NCBI GenBank assembly: GCA_905178155.1
Contig: CAJINV010000004.1
Coordinates: 3,753,320 to 3,817,319 of the forward strand
Direction of reading: 5' to 3'
DNA: 64,000 nt
Origin: Amoebophrya sp. A120
Lineage: Eukaryota > Protista > Dinoflagellata
The notes below the pieces were generated by a model, which saw only the letters and a list, made by a program, of their open reading frames with translations, was not told where the DNA came from and searched no databases. Shown here one piece after another: positions 61,520 through 64,000 of the stretch; within the stretch, counting starts at the first letter, position 1; each line of letters begins with the position of its first letter. The translations under genes and the position numbers were made by a program.

Positions 61520-64000
61520 ATGACGACGTCCTCGAGTACTGTCTTTGAGCCGCCACCGCGCACGCTCGGTGCGGGGCAAATGGTGGTTTCGCCGAGTCGC
61601 CAGCTCGCATTGTCGACCATGGATGAACAGCAGCAGCAGCAGAACTTGGAGCTCGCTGCTATAGGTGGGGCCTATATTAACCATTACGACGGAGCCGGAG
61701 AAGTAGGACCACAACAGAAGAAACCTTCTGTGGTTATGCAGGTCGGGCAGAGTGCAGCAGTAGCAGCGTCGAGCTCCTCGTCCAGAGCTGCGCAACATCA
61801 AGGTGATTTCGCGGTGCAGCGTATCACAGACGGGCAAACCAGAATGATGCGGGTAAGTGGTACAACCACGCCCAGCAGCTCGTCGTCCGCTATTGGGAGG
61901 AAAAATCCCTCCTCCCCGTATCGAAACTAAGTTTCTGATGCTGAATTTGCGTACACAAATCAGATTTGTCTTGCAGAAAGTGCTTGGCGGAATTTTCTGA
62001 GCCTGTTTGGGTCCGCAGAAGGCTAGCAATCCCGCTTGGCAAACAGGTTTGCAGTAGCCGAAAGCGCATGACAGACTTACTCTGGAAGGCGTTAAATGGC
62101 TCGTCCTATGACGCTATATGCAAGACAAAGATGATTTGTGACCACAAATCTGCATCACAAATCTCCGTTTTGATATGGGGAGGGGGGATGTTTCATTTTG
62201 ATATTTGCAGTACCGTCTTCACGGGAAGCGGTTTTTTCGGATCACGGACAACATCAGGTATACGTTCTTGATATCCCGTGCAAAAGTATCGTACTCGTAT
62301 AAATGCAAGTCTTGCATTACAAATCTTGCTTTTCAGGTAAATCCGCATTACAAATTTTATTTCTCATGCTGAGGAAATTTGTAATGCCTACTTTATACGA
62401 GTACGGTACTGCATACTGGAAAATTTTTGATGCGATTCTTGTGGTGACACAACAGGTTTTCATTTTTGCTAGAACAAGATGAAGCCGACTCACCGCCACC
62501 ATGAACAAATGAAAAACATTTTAAGTACATATGCGATACCACATCCAACGAAATCGAAATGTAACTGAATAAAGAACTAAGAAATAATCACAAGCTTCCG
62601 ATGTTGAACGCGGCAGCTTCGAGCAAGTACGCAGTGGGGGCGCAAGATCGAGCGGCAACCGCAGATAATCTTCCGCCTCCGTACAACTTCCAACCGGGGT
62701 CCAGAATGGTCCAAGAAAGCAGCGCCACCACGACCACTCTCCCCGGCGGTGCTGGTGCGACCAGTCCTGCGTCGTCCGGGACCGCGGCGCAAGAGCAGCG
62801 GCAAATCTGGATCGAGCACGCCCGCGTGGTGGCGGCGGGCACCATTGTGTACTGTGGTTTCTTCGCGTTACTCTCGCTCATCGTTGGGATTTCGGACGAC
62901 AGCGTGGCGCTGATCGGGTTGGCAGTGGAGTTCTCCCTGGACGCGATCACCAGTTTTTTGGTGCTCTGGCGGTTCAAGCGGGGCAAGCAGCGGAATTTCA
63001 CGTCGCAGTACGCCGAGGCCGATTTCCAGGCGCAGCGCGACCGTTTACGGGAAAAAAATTCCGGGATCGGCATTGGCATCGTGTTTCTAACCTCCGTATG
63101 AACTGCAAAAATGTCTGGGTCTGGAAGAATCCGAACTTGTGATCCGCATCTCAGAACACAGAAAAACCTGTCATGCGTAGGTAGCAAAACCTGCTCGCTT
63201 TCTGTCACCAAAATGGGGGATTTGTCATGCGGATTCGGCATTGCGGAAGCTTCTCGAAAACTGTGATGCTAGAGCTTCCATTCCAGACCTTCTGTGTCAT
63301 GCAAAATCAGCATGAGTCTTCCAGACCCAGACACTTTTGCAGTTGATACTCCGCCCTGTTCCTGTTCTGCATGGCGATCTGGAAACTGGCCAGCTGGGAC
63401 AACCGCGGCACGCACGGGGACGCAAACCGGTCCACTTCGTTTTATGCATAATTGCAAATATGTCTGGGTCTGGAAGACCACCGATTTCTCATGCTAGTCT
63501 GGCATGACAGGGAGCTCTGTATTGCGCGACCGCGAACGCCTTGTCTTGTTTGTCATGAGAAAATGCTGTTTCTCATGCGGAATACGCAACACAGAATCAC
63601 GAAAGAGTCTGTGATGCTTGGCGTTGCATTACAGTGTACTATACTATTCGCTGACATGCATCACAAGTTTCCAGACCCACACATATTTGCACTTAAAACG
63701 TTTTACTCGGAGGCCATCGCTTGGCCGTGTGCGATCGTGTTCAGCGTCTTAGCCGCGGTCAAAAGGCAGCTGGCGCTGGATTTGGGCAGCAGCGTACTGT
63801 ATGAAGGTACCGCTTACATTCATAGGAATTTTCATGTCATGCTAGGAATTCATCTTTGCATCTTGATTTGATTCGCATGTTGACCACCTCGTCGGTCCCG
63901 CTCGCTGTCTCACATGGTTGGGTCCTCCATAACTGCTACGCGTGCGTATTGGCTGCTTGCTTTAACTACACAGAATAAACCACTACTACAGACGCCTTGA
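61520..64000 (+). CDS. TMEM163-like / cation diffusion facilitator family transporter, 3'-incomplete
   Basis: SVALIGLAVEFSLDAITSFLVLWRF, REK..GIGIGIVFLTSALFLF and LAAVKRQLALDLGSSVLYE after removing introners; donor at 63807. The 5' exon joins (61853-62594) are uncertain. Confidence 0.72.
61891..62203. mobile_element. Family C element (313 bp), degenerate DR tccgc/tttgc
   Basis: tattgggaggaaaaatccctcctccccgtatcgaaac ... gttttgatatggggaggggggatgtttcattttgata. Confidence 0.8.
62272..62415. mobile_element. Family B element (144 bp) inside a probable GT-AG intron, DR cttga/ctgga
   Basis: B-type left TIR and interior; right TIR partly deleted; the flanking frame contains a stop. Confidence 0.82.
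63097..63348. mobile_element. Family A introner (252 bp), DR ctccg
   Basis: A-type TIRs; frame restored (FLTS|ALFLF). Confidence 0.9.
63443..63698. mobile_element. Family A introner (256 bp) with eroded termini, DR cgttt
   Basis: tatgcataattgcaaatatgtctgggtctggaag ... ttccagacccacacatatttgcacttaaaa; frame restored (STSF|YSEAIAW). Confidence 0.82.

Noticed and set aside
3482-63698. Recurrent peptides such as MQKCLGLEDCNL, CKNVWVWK and LPDPDIF in many ORFs
   Set aside because: They are translations of the family A TIR in different frames, not a protein domain.

Overview
This is eukaryotic, alveolate-like genomic DNA. It closely resembles the parasitic dinoflagellate Amoebophrya, an inference from gene organisation and intron type. 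About 12 spliced genes all lie on the + strand. Recognisable ones are EMG1/NEP1, dynactin p25 (DCTN5), AP-5 sigma (AP5S1), a TMEM163/CDF-like transporter, and ankyrin, PH-domain, LRR and Cys/His papain-like proteins. The dominant feature is about 23 short MITE-like elements in at least four families (A about 250-275 bp, B about 145-180 bp, C about 312-328 bp, D about 250-280 bp). Nearly all have TAT...ATA termini, terminal inverted repeats (TIRs) and 5-nt flanking direct repeats (DRs). Most sit inside coding sequence, families A and B occur in both orientations, and removing the element plus 5 nt restores the reading frame, so they behave as non-GT-AG introns (introners). Three of them carry nested retro-type insertions with their own target-site duplications (TSDs). 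One appears to have converted to a GT-AG intron, and one pair may form a composite unit. A gene-poor region at about 15-23.5 kb holds a 135-bp tandem array with covarying palindromes and a periodic array of a 38-bp motif with divergent spacers. All exon joins are inferred by hand from sequence alone.
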